Part shown: positions 7,370 through 17,541 of the stretch, in pieces
Layout: every line of letters starts with the position of its first letter
How positions within the stretch are numbered: position 1 is the stretch's first letter
NCBI GenBank assembly: GCA_009726135.1
Contig: WLIQ01000002.1
Location: 2,239 to 66,238 of the forward strand
Direction of reading: 5' to 3'
Source of the DNA: Actinomycetota bacterium
GTDB lineage: Bacteria; Actinomycetota; Actinomycetes; Nanopelagicales; Nanopelagicaceae
Length of the DNA stretch: 64,000 nt
Translations under genes and position numbers: made by a program
Notes under the pieces: model-generated
The model's input: the letters and a program-made list of their open reading frames with translations, nothing else
Told to the model about the DNA's origin: nothing
Databases searched by the model: none

Positions 7370-9189
7370 TGGATGACCTCCATAATTAATTTTACTGATT
7401 CCAATAACGGTTTTGTTCCATCGATTACAAGTTCTGGGTTACTTGGAACTTCATACTCCTGACCAATACCGGTGAAATTAGGAATTTTTCCACTATCTGC
7501 TTTTTTATAAAGTCCTTTTGGATCGCGGGCTCTGCAGATTTCAATAGGGGTATCAATAAAGATTTCTAAGAACTCTCCCGCTTCAACCAAACTGCGCGCC
7601 CGTTGTCTATCTGTCTCAAAAGGACTAACTAGAGCTGTAATCACAATTAACCCTGCGTCAACCATCAACTTTGCTACTTCAGAAACTCTACGAACATTCT
7701 CTGCTCTATCTTCCGGCGTGAAACCTAAGTCCATGTTCAATCCTGATCGCAAGTTGTCACCATCTAGGACATAAGCATGAAAACCTTGTGCATGCAGTTG
7801 TGTCGCCAACTCATTAGCAATTGTGGATTTACCTGATCCAGATAATCCAGTGAGCCAAATAATCTGCGCCTTCTGTGATTTTTGCAGTGCACGGTCACCT
7901 CGCTGGACCTCATAAGCCTGCTGCGTGATGTTGGTGCCTCTGCGCAGTGAATGCTCGACCATTCCCGCGCCAACGGTTTGTTGAGTTAGGCGATCGATAA
8001 TTACAAAATTTCCGTACTGTCGTGATTGGGAATACGGCTCTAAGGCAATCGCACGATCTGTTGCGATCTCAACAAGACCAATCTCATTGACCTGCAGAAT
8101 CTGGGCAGGCTTTTCCTCACGCGTGACAACATCTAGCACGTATTTAATTTTGGAAACCGTTACTGGCACTTGGGTGGGGCCAGAAATCAATAGATAGGAA
8201 CGGCTAGTTATGAGTGGCTCTTCATGCAGCCAAACGATTTTGGCCTGATAGCGATTTGATATCTCTAATTCATTTGCACTATTGATAATGACATCGCCTC
8301 GTGTGGCATCAACATCTGGTTCAAGCACCAGTGTCACCGACTCCAAATTACCGGCCGAAGCTTTTTCGTTTTTGTAGCTAACAATCTTTGCAATCTTCGC
8401 CTTTTGTTTGGATGGAAGGACAATGACTTCATCACCTGCAGTAAAGCCAGCGCCGTGAACAGTTCCGCAGACTCCGCGAAAATCTTCGGCCCTGGAAATC
8501 ATTTGAATATCCATTCGGGAATCACTGCCAATAATTGCTGGATGATTCCATCCCTGAATCGCATCTAACAAAGTTTCACCTGAGTACCAATTCATGGCAG
8601 CACTTGCGATAGTGACATTGTCACCATTGAGCGCACTCATTGGAATAAAACGAACATCGCTTATTCCTAGATTCGCAAATAACGGGCTTAGCTCATTGTG
8701 AATCTGGTTATAAATTTCTTGAGAATATCCCAGCGCATCAAGCTTGTTAATTGCAACGATGATTCGATTGACTCCCATAATTGCGCAGATGGTGGAATGG
8801 CGAAGAGTTTGTGTGCGCACACCTTTAGTCGCATCAACAAGTACCAACCCAATGTCAGCTCGTGAAGCTGCCACAACCATATTTCTGGTGTACTGCTCAT
8901 GTCCTGGAGCATCCGAAATAATTAAGCGTTTTCCGTCACGAAGTGACATAGAACGATATGCCACATCGATAGTAATGCCTTGTTCACGCTCTGCTTCTAA
9001 TCCATCGGTCAAAAGACTGTAGTCGACTTCTCCAGAAGAAATTGTTGAGCCGCTGCGGCGAGTAAAGCGTGCAGCACTGATTGTGTCGTGCGGAACGCTG
9101 TCGGTTTCTACCAATAAACGCCCTATTAGCGTGCTCTTTCCATCGTCAACACTGCCGCAGGTCAGCAATCTGATTACCGATCTAGACAT
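7366..9189 (-). CDS. cysNC: Bifunctional sulfate adenylyltransferase subunit 1 / APS kinase (CysNC, NodQ-like)
   Basis: GSVDDGKST GTPase, DAPGHEQYTRNM; C-terminal WLTGLSGSGKST, LDGDNLR, RDPKGLY. Confidence 0.95.
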   Translation of the reverse strand: MSRSVIRLLTCGSVDDGKSTLIGRLLVETDSVPHDTISAARFTRRSGSTISSGEVDYSLLTDGLEAEREQGITIDVAYRSMSLRDGKRLIISDAPGHEQYTRNMVVAASRADIGLVLVDATKGVRTQTLRHSTICAIMGVNRIIVAINKLDALGYSQEIYNQIHNELSPLFANLGISDVRFIPMSALNGDNVTIASAAMNWYSGETLLDAIQGWNHPAIIGSDSRMDIQMISRAEDFRGVCGTVHGAGFTAGDEVIVLPSKQKAKIAKIVSYKNEKASAGNLESVTLVLEPDVDATRGDVIINSANELEISNRYQAKIVWLHEEPLITSRSYLLISGPTQVPVTVSKIKYVLDVVTREEKPAQILQVNEIGLVEIATDRAIALEPYSQSRQYGNFVIIDRLTQQTVGAGMVEHSLRRGTNITQQAYEVQRGDRALQKSQKAQIIWLTGLSGSGKSTIANELATQLHAQGFHAYVLDGDNLRSGLNMDLGFTPEDRAENVRRVSEVAKLMVDAGLIVITALVSPFETDRQRARSLVEAGEFLEIFIDTPIEICRARDPKGLYKKADSGKIPNFTGIGQEYEVPSNPELVIDGTKPLLESVKLIMEVIQ

Positions 9190-10100
9190 TAGAAATATCC
9201 TTCAGTCTTTTTCTTTTCCATAGAATCTTCGCCAGCTCCATCGATTAAACGTGTAGCACGTTCAGAAAGTTTAACTTGCAGAACTTCTTCTACAACGTCT
9301 TCAATAGTTAGTGCATTTGAATCAACTGCTGCCGTTAATGGGTAGCAGCCAAGGGTTCTAAAACGCATAGTGCGCATTTGCGGAGTTTCACCATCTAGTA
9401 AAGGAAAACGATCATCATCGACCATAATCCATTGATCTCCTCGTGCAACCATGGGGCGTGGTTTAGCAAAATACAAAGGATTTACTTCAATTTTTTCTTG
9501 CAGTATGTACAGCCAGATATCTGATTCAGTCCAATCTGAAAGCGGAAAAACACGCATCGTCTCTTGAGATGCAAGACGAGTGTTATACGAGCGCCACAGC
9601 TCTGGCCGTTGTGCTCGGGGATTCCAAGAATGTCCTGTGCCTCTGACGCTAAAGATTCTTTCCTTTGCCCGAGATTTTTCTTCATCGCGTCGTGATCCAC
9701 CAATTGCTGCATCAAAGCCATGTTCATCTAATGCCTCACGCAAAGCAACAGTCTTCATGACTCGCGTGTATTCAGAAATACCTGAAGTAAAAGGATTTAT
9801 TCCAGCTAAAACTCCAGCTTGGTTAGTGTGAACTATGAGATTTGCTTGGGCATCAGCGACGACCTGATCGCGAAATGCAATCATCTCTTTAAATTTCCAG
9901 GTTGTGTCCACGTGCAATAAAGGAAAAGGAATAGGCGATGGATAAAAAGCTTTTTTAGCTAAATGCAAAAGTACTGACGAGTCTTTACCGATGGAATACA
10001 TCATGACGGGCTTACCGAATGTGGCGGCAGTCTCTCGAAGAATTTCGATGGACTCGTCCTCAAGATTCTTGAGGATTTGGGCGCTTTCCTTCACTATCAA
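9189..10100 (-). CDS. cysD: Sulfate adenylyltransferase subunit 2
   Basis: [43 protein letters not shown]. Confidence 0.96.
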   Translation of the reverse strand: MIVKESAQILKNLEDESIEILRETAATFGKPVMMYSIGKDSSVLLHLAKKAFYPSPIPFPLLHVDTTWKFKEMIAFRDQVVADAQANLIVHTNQAGVLAGINPFTSGISEYTRVMKTVALREALDEHGFDAAIGGSRRDEEKSRAKERIFSVRGTGHSWNPRAQRPELWRSYNTRLASQETMRVFPLSDWTESDIWLYILQEKIEVNPLYFAKPRPMVARGDQWIMVDDDRFPLLDGETPQMRTMRFRTLGCYPLTAAVDSNALTIEDVVEEVLQVKLSERATRLIDGAGEDSMEKKKTEGYF

Positions 10101-10582
10101 ATCGTACTTGCGCTGCTTCCAAACCCGCCCTCTAGAGGTTGTGATCTGCGCAAGTGGGTGATTCTCTCCTGCACATGGTCGGATAAAGCCCTAAATTGAA
10201 ACTGAGAAGGTAAATGAAATAGAACTGCATGATTCAAATTACTTTTGCGCAACGTTGACATCCAGTTTTCTTCAAAAGCTAGTGAATTCTCGCCGCCAAT
10301 TAAGTTGAATTGCAAGCAGCCCTTCATGCTGGCAGTTGCGGGGATTAGGTGGGCCTCAAAAATTCGCGAGAGCGGGATAACCTCCAAATTTGAGCCATCA
10401 AAGGATGAGAGGCGACCTCTTAATGTTTTCCACGTAATAGTTATGTGGGTCTCGTTAACCGCGACTATGCCATCGACGCCATGTGCTTCCATAGGTGAAT
10501 CGTAAGGGTTAGTCCCCCATTGGCAACTCACATAGACTTCTAAGATTCGTGTCCGGTTCAAATCTGAGCCTAGGTCGTACAA
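10097..10582 (-). CDS. DUF4429-like PH-fold protein (start uncertain)
   Basis: [30 protein letters not shown] pattern; stop overlaps the cysD start. Confidence 0.65.
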   Translation of the reverse strand: MYDLGSDLNRTRILEVYVSCQWGTNPYDSPMEAHGVDGIVAVNETHITITWKTLRGRLSSFDGSNLEVIPLSRIFEAHLIPATASMKGCLQFNLIGGENSLAFEENWMSTLRKSNLNHAVLFHLPSQFQFRALSDHVQERITHLRRSQPLEGGFGSSASTI

Positions 10583-10617
10583 TTTGGTAATTACTCAAAC
10601 AGATTAGGACCCCTGCG

Positions 10618-11706
10618 ATGCGTACGCGTTCACTTAAATTCCTCCTAGCCACAATGTTGGCCGTATTTGGACTTGCCTTAAACATCAGCGCACCAGTTGC
10701 TAGCGCGGCTGAGTCGTCCTCTAGCAAAGCCCTTTCTTATTCTTCTTATCGATCAAGTGACTCTGACCAATATTCTTCATCCCGCTCCAAGGAATCCGAT
10801 CACTCGTCAGAATCTGAAGAGTGCGAAGATGACGATGACGACTCAGATGGTCACAGTTCATCTGCCCCAATCATTAGTTCTTCAAAGAAAAGTATTTCAA
10901 TCCCAGTAAAGGCATCTTCAAGCAGTAGCCATGACTCGGAAGATGGCGATGACGATGAAGAAAATTGTGGAAATGGTGGGGGCGGCGGAGATTCTCCCGC
11001 AGAAATCTTAAAGCGTGTTCCAAAAACTGTTGGTAAACCAACTACTTCTTCATGTACTACTGCCGCAGCTACACTTTCTTGGACAGCTGTAATTTCACCA
11101 GGTTACGCAGTAGTTGATAAGTACCGTGTTCGTTATTCATCAAATGGCGGAACTACATGGACCACATCATTAATTGAACCAACTTCAACCACTTTAACGA
11201 TCGCTGGCTTAACTGCCGGATTAACTTATATTTTCCAAGTTGCTGCACATAATGCAAATGGTTACGGTGCATGGTCAGCGTCAACAACTGGCTGTACATT
11301 GACTGCGGTTATAGGAACAACATTTACTTACACTCTGGGCGGTCTCGCAAATGTTCCGCTCCTAGCCCCTACAGATCCATATCCAACACTCGCTGTTGAC
11401 TATCAAGGTGATGTCGCAATTGTATCCCGACCAGTTATCGCACTTGCAGATGACTCAGGAACATTCCTAAAAGGTACTTTTACCTACGATTTGTATGTAA
11501 GCCTTCCAACGCGCGTAGGTGGCTACACATTTAATGTGACTGGCGGCTCTGCACCTGTATCACTTGGACAGGCAACTTTAGTTACTGGCGTAGGTCATCC
11601 AACATCATTTTCAACAATTAGTTTCTTCTACTCCTTCTTCCAGGTTTACGGTTTCACCATTACTTCAGGAAGCAACTTAGCGATTACAGTAAATCCTCTT
11701 CTTTAA
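10618..11706 (+). CDS. Secreted protein with Ser/Asp/Glu-rich N-region and a fibronectin type III domain
   Basis: Signal peptide (ASA/AE); LSWTA..YRVRYS..GLTAGLTYIFQVAAHNANGYGAWS. Confidence 0.85.
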   Translation: MRTRSLKFLLATMLAVFGLALNISAPVASAAESSSSKALSYSSYRSSDSDQYSSSRSKESDHSSESEECEDDDDDSDGHSSSAPIISSSKKSISIPVKASSSSSHDSEDGDDDEENCGNGGGGGDSPAEILKRVPKTVGKPTTSSCTTAAATLSWTAVISPGYAVVDKYRVRYSSNGGTTWTTSLIEPTSTTLTIAGLTAGLTYIFQVAAHNANGYGAWSASTTGCTLTAVIGTTFTYTLGGLANVPLLAPTDPYPTLAVDYQGDVAIVSRPVIALADDSGTFLKGTFTYDLYVSLPTRVGGYTFNVTGGSAPVSLGQATLVTGVGHPTSFSTISFFYSFFQVYGFTITSGSNLAITVNPLL

Positions 11707-11712
11707 GGTTAA

Positions 11713-12246
11713 TTAGTTAAAGAGAAGTACCGCCAACCAGCTCCCGATAATGATGAAGGGGCCGAATGGCACGGTAGTTTTGGATGATGCTCTCTTTGTG
11801 ATCAATAAGACGATTGCAAAGAGAGCAACTCCCAAACAAGCAAATATTGTTGCTGCGATTAAGTGCGCGGGAGTAAATATTCCAAGTGTAAGACCCGATA
11901 AGAAAAATAGCTTTACATCACCAGCTCCGAAACCCCCACGAGCTATGAGATATAGAACCAGAGAAATTAAAAAAGAAATTATTGCTCGACCAACAGGTTG
12001 GCTAAAAATCCCAAAATCGTGTCGATAAATCGCATATGCAGTAATGATAATCAGAGTTGCAATTGTCGCAGGATAAATCATGCGGTTAGGTAATCGCTTG
12101 TTACGAAAATCTTCAATCAGCAAAGGATAAGAAACGATTGCATATGGCAATAAAACTGCAGTAACAATTGTGAATTTGAACTTGAGCAGAACAAGTACGG
12201 GAAGTATTAAATGGGAAAGAGTGAGTAAGACCTGTTGAAGCAGCAC
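11713..12246 (-). CDS. Prepilin peptidase, A24 family (TadV/CpaA-like); GTG start overlaps the tadC stop
   Basis: EDFRNKRLPN, GFGAGDVKL, VPFGPFI motifs. Confidence 0.88.
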   Translation of the reverse strand: MLLQQVLLTLSHLILPVLVLLKFKFTIVTAVLLPYAIVSYPLLIEDFRNKRLPNRMIYPATIATLIIITAYAIYRHDFGIFSQPVGRAIISFLISLVLYLIARGGFGAGDVKLFFLSGLTLGIFTPAHLIAATIFACLGVALFAIVLLITKRASSKTTVPFGPFIIIGSWLAVLLFN

Positions 12247-13406
12247 TATTGGCTTCCAAATGCCCGCATAATTGAAATAACTGCAGGCCCAAGAATGATC
12301 ATCAAAACTGTTGGCAAGAAACAAAGCATGATCGGAGCCAAGATCTTTACCGGTACTTTCTGACCTCGCTCTCGAGCCCTTTCACGGCGGGCAGAGCGCA
12401 TTTCTTTTGATTGTTCGATCAACACATTGCCTACTGGAATACCAAATCGATCTACCTGCATCATTGCACTCACAAACTTTTGCACATGTTCTTCTTGGGT
12501 GCGCTCGGCCATAGCTGCAAGTGCATCAGAGCGTGATTGTCCAAGCTGAACTTCGGCCGTCACGCGGGCAAACTCCTCGGCAACTGGACCATTCTGTGTG
12601 TCTGCAACCTTAGAAAGTGCAGCAGGAAAAGCAAGACCGGCGCTCACGCACATTTGCAGCATATCGATGGCATCGGGCAGAGTGTCAGCCAACATCTCTT
12701 TGCGTTTAATAACTCGGTTTTGTAGCAAAATATCTGGAATAAAGAAGCCCATAAAAATCGCGAAGATACTAAAAAGTAGGCTACCAAAGCTCTTATCTTT
12801 AGCAATCAAATAGAGATAACTGACAATAAAACTATTGAGAGCAAAAATGATTTTACGTCGAATAAGTGAAAAGTAATCACTCTCTTTCCAGTTACCCGCC
12901 TGGTCAAGGAGATTCTCAAGTTTATTTCTATACTTTATTCCTGTAATTCTCTGCAGGAAACGCTCAACATCGGGCAAAAAATATGCAACAAAAACAACTG
13001 CGATAAAAATTGGGGCAAGTTGTATATTGCGAATTAATAGGAGAAAAAACCCTAATGAGAATCCAACTACCGCAAATATTATTTTGCGTTGTACCAGGGT
13101 GGAATATTTCTTATTCTCCCAATCGCCAGAATTAACAAGCAACTGCTCTAACTTAGAACGATATCGATCCTTAACAAGTCGGTCTCCATAAGAACCAACA
13201 ATCAACTTTGCCATATTAACTTGCTTCGAAACTCTCTTGACGCTGGCCTTACCGGCGAGTTGATAGGCACGCACAATTTCGAGTCTGCGGATTCGCATTC
13301 TAAATGCGCTAACTGCCTGGATCCCCATGCTTGATGCTCTGTAAACACTAACTGCCACCAAAATGCCCGCTACTACCGGGAGAAGATTAAAAAGTATGTC
13401 GATCAT
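12246..13406 (-). CDS. tadC: Tad pilus membrane platform protein TadC (T2SSF) with duplicated N-terminal module
   Basis: LPDAIDMLQMCVSAGL, GPVAEEF, KVPVKILAPIMLCFLP. Confidence 0.88.
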   Translation of the reverse strand: MIDILFNLLPVVAGILVAVSVYRASSMGIQAVSAFRMRIRRLEIVRAYQLAGKASVKRVSKQVNMAKLIVGSYGDRLVKDRYRSKLEQLLVNSGDWENKKYSTLVQRKIIFAVVGFSLGFFLLLIRNIQLAPIFIAVVFVAYFLPDVERFLQRITGIKYRNKLENLLDQAGNWKESDYFSLIRRKIIFALNSFIVSYLYLIAKDKSFGSLLFSIFAIFMGFFIPDILLQNRVIKRKEMLADTLPDAIDMLQMCVSAGLAFPAALSKVADTQNGPVAEEFARVTAEVQLGQSRSDALAAMAERTQEEHVQKFVSAMMQVDRFGIPVGNVLIEQSKEMRSARRERARERGQKVPVKILAPIMLCFLPTVLMIILGPAVISIMRAFGSQ

Positions 13407-14998
13407 ATTTTAATCTCTACTATCTTTTTCATCCAAGCCCATCCGATGCTGAGCGAAATTCCAATAATAATGAGTAAGAAAATGCCTGCCGGATCTGTCC
13501 AGAAAACTTTCACGTATTCACGACGGGTTAGAAATAGGAAAGAGAAGATTCCAATTGGCAATGCAATCAATACATAGGCAGAGAGTTTGCCCTCAGCTGA
13601 AAGTGTTTTAACTTCTCGGCGAATTTCGGCGCGGGCCTTTACGGTTTCAAATGTCGTCGTCAAAATCGTTGCCATACTTCCACCCACTACGCGCTGAATA
13701 GACAATGCGGTAACCGCCCACCGCAAATCTTCACTATCCATACGTTCAGCTACGCCCATGAGCGCTTCATCAATAGGTGTTCCTACTCTGATTTCGCTGA
13801 TAGATCGTCTAATTTCGCGGGCAACTTCACCTTTTGTATCCGATGAATAGGCTTCTAAACCTTGTGGCAAACTCAAACCCGCACGCAGCGCACTTGCCAA
13901 AATATTTAGAAGTTCGGGCAATTCTTCAGCAAATTTCAGTTTCTGCTTCGTGCGAATGTTATTTATAATTGCGTTAAAGCCAAGGGGTAGCAGTGCACTT
14001 GCCAAAATTATTGCTAAAACTGGTGAATGCAACATCAAAGAAAACAGCACGACCAAAAAGACCCAAACACCAATGAATATGCGGATCACAGTTTCATATT
14101 TAAGTTCGCTATGAATAAGCTCAAGGCGAGATCTGATCGCATTTTCTACTCTGTTGGGTATAAAACTGTAGGACGTAATAGAGATTCGAACTCTGTTCGA
14201 GGCTTTACGCACCCGACGGTATGAATATTTTTGAAGAGTTTGTACTCGGGCTAACTGCTGCTCGCGATTACGTACTCTGCGATAAATATTGGTGAGCAGG
14301 AGGTAGAGAATAATCGCTGCAAATGTAGCCAAAACTACTTCAACATATACATTTTGATTTAGGCGAAGCTCACCTTCAAGTTCTGGAGGTGTTGATCCTG
14401 CTGTGGGGTCTAACTGTTCCGCCAAAATTTCGCGATAGGTTGCAATCAAAGTAGTAATGTCATCGACACCATAATAATTTCCACCGCTGGCTTTAGTGAT
14501 TGCGGTCAAGATCTCTTTCTGCCCTTGTGCCACTTGAATTCCAATAGCATTGACGGGAATCCCGGCGGTAGTTGCTTGAATCAGTAATTCATCCAATTTT
14601 AAAACACTTGTTGTATCTTCGCCATCACTGAGCAGAACTAACTGACCAGGCCGATTAATAGTACTTATCGAAAAGGCTGCCGCAACAGCGTCATACATAG
14701 ATGTGTCGCCTACGGCGAAAAGTGAATCAATCTGGCGCAGCGCTTGATCGAAATCCAAAGTTGGTTGCAAAGTTGTGAAGACTTCTTCGCTAAAAGAGAC
14801 GATTCCGACCGGTTGATCTTTTTGCAAACTATTTACTATCTGAGTAACAGCTTCCTTGACCGCTACTAATTTTTTAGCCTTCATAGAACCGCTGGTATCA
14901 ATAACAAAAATTATTGGCGCTTTGGTAGGTGCGGCCTGAATAGCGGGGGTGTTCAGCCAGAAAACTGCGAGAAGAATTGCGACAACATATTTGCGCAT
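13403..14998 (-). CDS. tadB: vWA-domain TadB (T2SSF)
   Basis: MIDAS DTSGSM, LLSDGED; LASALRAGLSL, REVKTLSAEGKLSA. Confidence 0.88.
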   Translation of the reverse strand: MRKYVVAILLAVFWLNTPAIQAAPTKAPIIFVIDTSGSMKAKKLVAVKEAVTQIVNSLQKDQPVGIVSFSEEVFTTLQPTLDFDQALRQIDSLFAVGDTSMYDAVAAAFSISTINRPGQLVLLSDGEDTTSVLKLDELLIQATTAGIPVNAIGIQVAQGQKEILTAITKASGGNYYGVDDITTLIATYREILAEQLDPTAGSTPPELEGELRLNQNVYVEVVLATFAAIILYLLLTNIYRRVRNREQQLARVQTLQKYSYRRVRKASNRVRISITSYSFIPNRVENAIRSRLELIHSELKYETVIRIFIGVWVFLVVLFSLMLHSPVLAIILASALLPLGFNAIINNIRTKQKLKFAEELPELLNILASALRAGLSLPQGLEAYSSDTKGEVAREIRRSISEIRVGTPIDEALMGVAERMDSEDLRWAVTALSIQRVVGGSMATILTTTFETVKARAEIRREVKTLSAEGKLSAYVLIALPIGIFSFLFLTRREYVKVFWTDPAGIFLLIIIGISLSIGWAWMKKIVEIKI

Positions 14999-15002
14999 CT
15001 AA

Positions 15003-16358
15003 TTACCTAAGCAGATTAGAGGCCGACGCATGCCCCCGTCGAGGATTGTTATTGTGGAATGGAATACCAGTTGCTACAAGGTCACCCGGGTGCTTGCTGG
15101 CTGGATCATCGTTGTAGTTGAAAGCGTAGATATCTTGCATCTGTATGACGCTGCCTTCAATTCCGACAACTTCACTGATTTGGGTGATTCGGCGTGAACC
15201 ATCACGCATACGATTTTGCTGAACTATCACATCAATCGCCTCAACGATTTGTTGGCGAATAAATTCAACTGGCAGATCCATTCCTGCCATTAAGACCATT
15301 GTCTCAATACGCGTCAGTGCATCGCGAGACGTATTTGCGTGCACTGTGGTTAGAGATCCTTCATGGCCAGTATTCATTGCTTGCAACATATCCAGTGCAG
15401 CAGCATCACGGACTTCACCAATAACAATGCGGTCTGGGCGCATACGCAGAGAATTTCGAACTAAATCACGAATGGTTACTTGGCCCTTACCTTCAGTATT
15501 GACTGGCCGAGATTCCATACGCACTACGTGCGGCTGGGACAACTGCAATTCTGCAGCATCTTCAATCGTAATAATGCGTTCTTCTTTACCTATAAATGAT
15601 GAAAGCACATTCAACGTTGTTGTCTTTCCAGAACCAGTACCTCCGCTGATTACCACGTTAAATTTTCCCGACACGCAATTTTCTAACAGTTGCATTGCTT
15701 CTATTGAAACAGTCCCAGTTGCGATTAAATCTTTAACCGTAAAAGGATCTTGAGAAAACTTACGAATGGTTAAAGATGATCCATCCAAGGCGATCGGTGG
15801 TACCACTGCATTAACACGGCTACCATCAGCTAAACGCGCATCAACCATTGGACTAGATTCATCGATACGGCGGCCAACCTGACCAACGATGCGCTCGATG
15901 GTACGGCGAAGATGATCCTCCGATGAAAACTTGAGGTCAGTTTGAGTTATTCGCCCCTTCATTTCAATAAAGATTCGATCAAAACGATTGACCATAACTT
16001 CAGTAATATCTGGATTACGCAGAAGTGTCTGCAATGGCCCTAGACCCAAGATTTCATCGACAATGTTTTGTACAAGTTCTGCTCTGTCATAACTAGTCAA
16101 CGAACGCTGGCTGGAAGAGATAACCGAAGCAATTGCTTCATACACATGTTGCTCAAGCACATCTTCTTCAACCTGGCCTGAATAAAGTTGTTGGCCCAAG
16201 GATTGAATGAGAGTTTCCAAAACCTGATTCTTGATGCTGTTATCACTTGCCACTGGTTGCTCGTAGCGAGGATTCAATTCCTCGGTCAACTTACTCAAAT
16301 CGGGAAAGGATTTAGCTTTATCTGAATCACCTTGGCCAAGGCGCTGAGAAAGACTCAT
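15003..16358 (-). CDS. tadA: Tad pilus assembly ATPase TadA/CpaF
   Basis: GGTGSGKTT, LRMRPDRIVIGEVR, AMNTGHEGSLTTVHAN. Confidence 0.95.
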   Translation of the reverse strand: MSLSQRLGQGDSDKAKSFPDLSKLTEELNPRYEQPVASDNSIKNQVLETLIQSLGQQLYSGQVEEDVLEQHVYEAIASVISSSQRSLTSYDRAELVQNIVDEILGLGPLQTLLRNPDITEVMVNRFDRIFIEMKGRITQTDLKFSSEDHLRRTIERIVGQVGRRIDESSPMVDARLADGSRVNAVVPPIALDGSSLTIRKFSQDPFTVKDLIATGTVSIEAMQLLENCVSGKFNVVISGGTGSGKTTTLNVLSSFIGKEERIITIEDAAELQLSQPHVVRMESRPVNTEGKGQVTIRDLVRNSLRMRPDRIVIGEVRDAAALDMLQAMNTGHEGSLTTVHANTSRDALTRIETMVLMAGMDLPVEFIRQQIVEAIDVIVQQNRMRDGSRRITQISEVVGIEGSVIQMQDIYAFNYNDDPASKHPGDLVATGIPFHNNNPRRGHASASNLLR

Positions 16359-17521
16359 TTACTCTTTCTCCCAAAAATTCCACGCTTCTTGGCTTCATGT
16401 GGTCTAAAACTCAAATCTGTACGCACCGCTAAATCAATTATTTCGCGACTAACTGGGTGGCGTGGATTTTCAATTACCAATGGGATTCCACGGTTTGTGG
16501 ATGCAGATACATCATTGCTTGAAGGAATCAAACTAGTGAAGGATTCTCCCACCATCTCCTCAACTTCACGCAATGACAAACCAGATTTAATATCACTACG
16601 GTTGAGTACAAACTCAAGTTTTGACTTATTAATATTTATTGCTTCTAATGTGCTTATAACTAGTTTAAGGTTCTTAATTGCAGGCATATCTAGAGTTGTT
16701 AAGAGAAAGCAACGATCAGCCTGATCAAAAACTCGCAAAATAACATCCGTGAATGCCGGAGGAGTGTCGACCACAATATAATCGTAAGAATTTCTTAATG
16801 AGTCGAGCAAAGTATCAATTAACTCCGTTGAGATAAATTCAATATCTGTTGGATTGGTCGGGGCTAGGAGAATATCTAGGTTTTTTTGTTGATTAACCAT
16901 CAAAGAATTAATACCTAGTTCATCCAAGTTTGTTTGCATGCTAATGGCGTCACTAATGGTTTTCTTCGGTTCAATTTGCAGAGCAACGGCGATGTCACCA
17001 AACTGAAGATCAAAATCCAATAACGCAACTTTTGAATCAGTATGGGTAGCAAGAGCATGCGCCAAATTGACTGACAAGGTTGTCTTTCCACAGCCACCTT
17101 TTGCAGAAAAAACAATCAAAACCTTGCCCCGTGACATAACAGATCCGACCGATTTATTGACTTCCATTAGTTGCGCAGAGATTAATTGTGAGCGCTTACT
17201 TGCTGAAACCAATGCTGCAGCATCATCAGAACTGATAACTTCGCGAATTCCTGATCGCAAGGCTTCGCTCATTGTCGTTACATCTAAACGACTTCTAAGA
17301 AGGATAACTCCCAAACTTGGGCGGACTACACGAAAATGCTCGGCTACAACCCTTGCAGTTTCCATCTTTACGTTTGGCCCAATAATAATTAATTGGCTAT
17401 TTGGATCAGCTGTCACTAAGTCGTAGAGCTCATAAGTAGAAGTTGTGACAACTACTTCTTCTCCAAGCGTGAACTGATATCGCTGCGACTCATCGCTCGT
17501 GTCAGTAAGAATAAGCGTCAT
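16355..17521 (-). CDS. cpaE: TadZ/CpaE: degenerate receiver domain + MinD-like ATPase
   Basis: FSAKGGCGKTT, DFDLQFGD, VVDTPP. Confidence 0.88.
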   Translation of the reverse strand: MTLILTDTSDESQRYQFTLGEEVVVTTSTYELYDLVTADPNSQLIIIGPNVKMETARVVAEHFRVVRPSLGVILLRSRLDVTTMSEALRSGIREVISSDDAAALVSASKRSQLISAQLMEVNKSVGSVMSRGKVLIVFSAKGGCGKTTLSVNLAHALATHTDSKVALLDFDLQFGDIAVALQIEPKKTISDAISMQTNLDELGINSLMVNQQKNLDILLAPTNPTDIEFISTELIDTLLDSLRNSYDYIVVDTPPAFTDVILRVFDQADRCFLLTTLDMPAIKNLKLVISTLEAININKSKLEFVLNRSDIKSGLSLREVEEMVGESFTSLIPSSNDVSASTNRGIPLVIENPRHPVSREIIDLAVRTDLSFRPHEAKKRGIFGRKSK

Positions 17522-17541
17522 TATTTATTGCTCTTTTCCGA

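Noticed and set aside
11713-12324. Longer track starts for the peptidase, flp, msrA, manB, fdxA, cysS and mshB
   Set aside because: Extensions overlap neighbours or promoters; shorter starts have SD, -10 or stop-start coupling support
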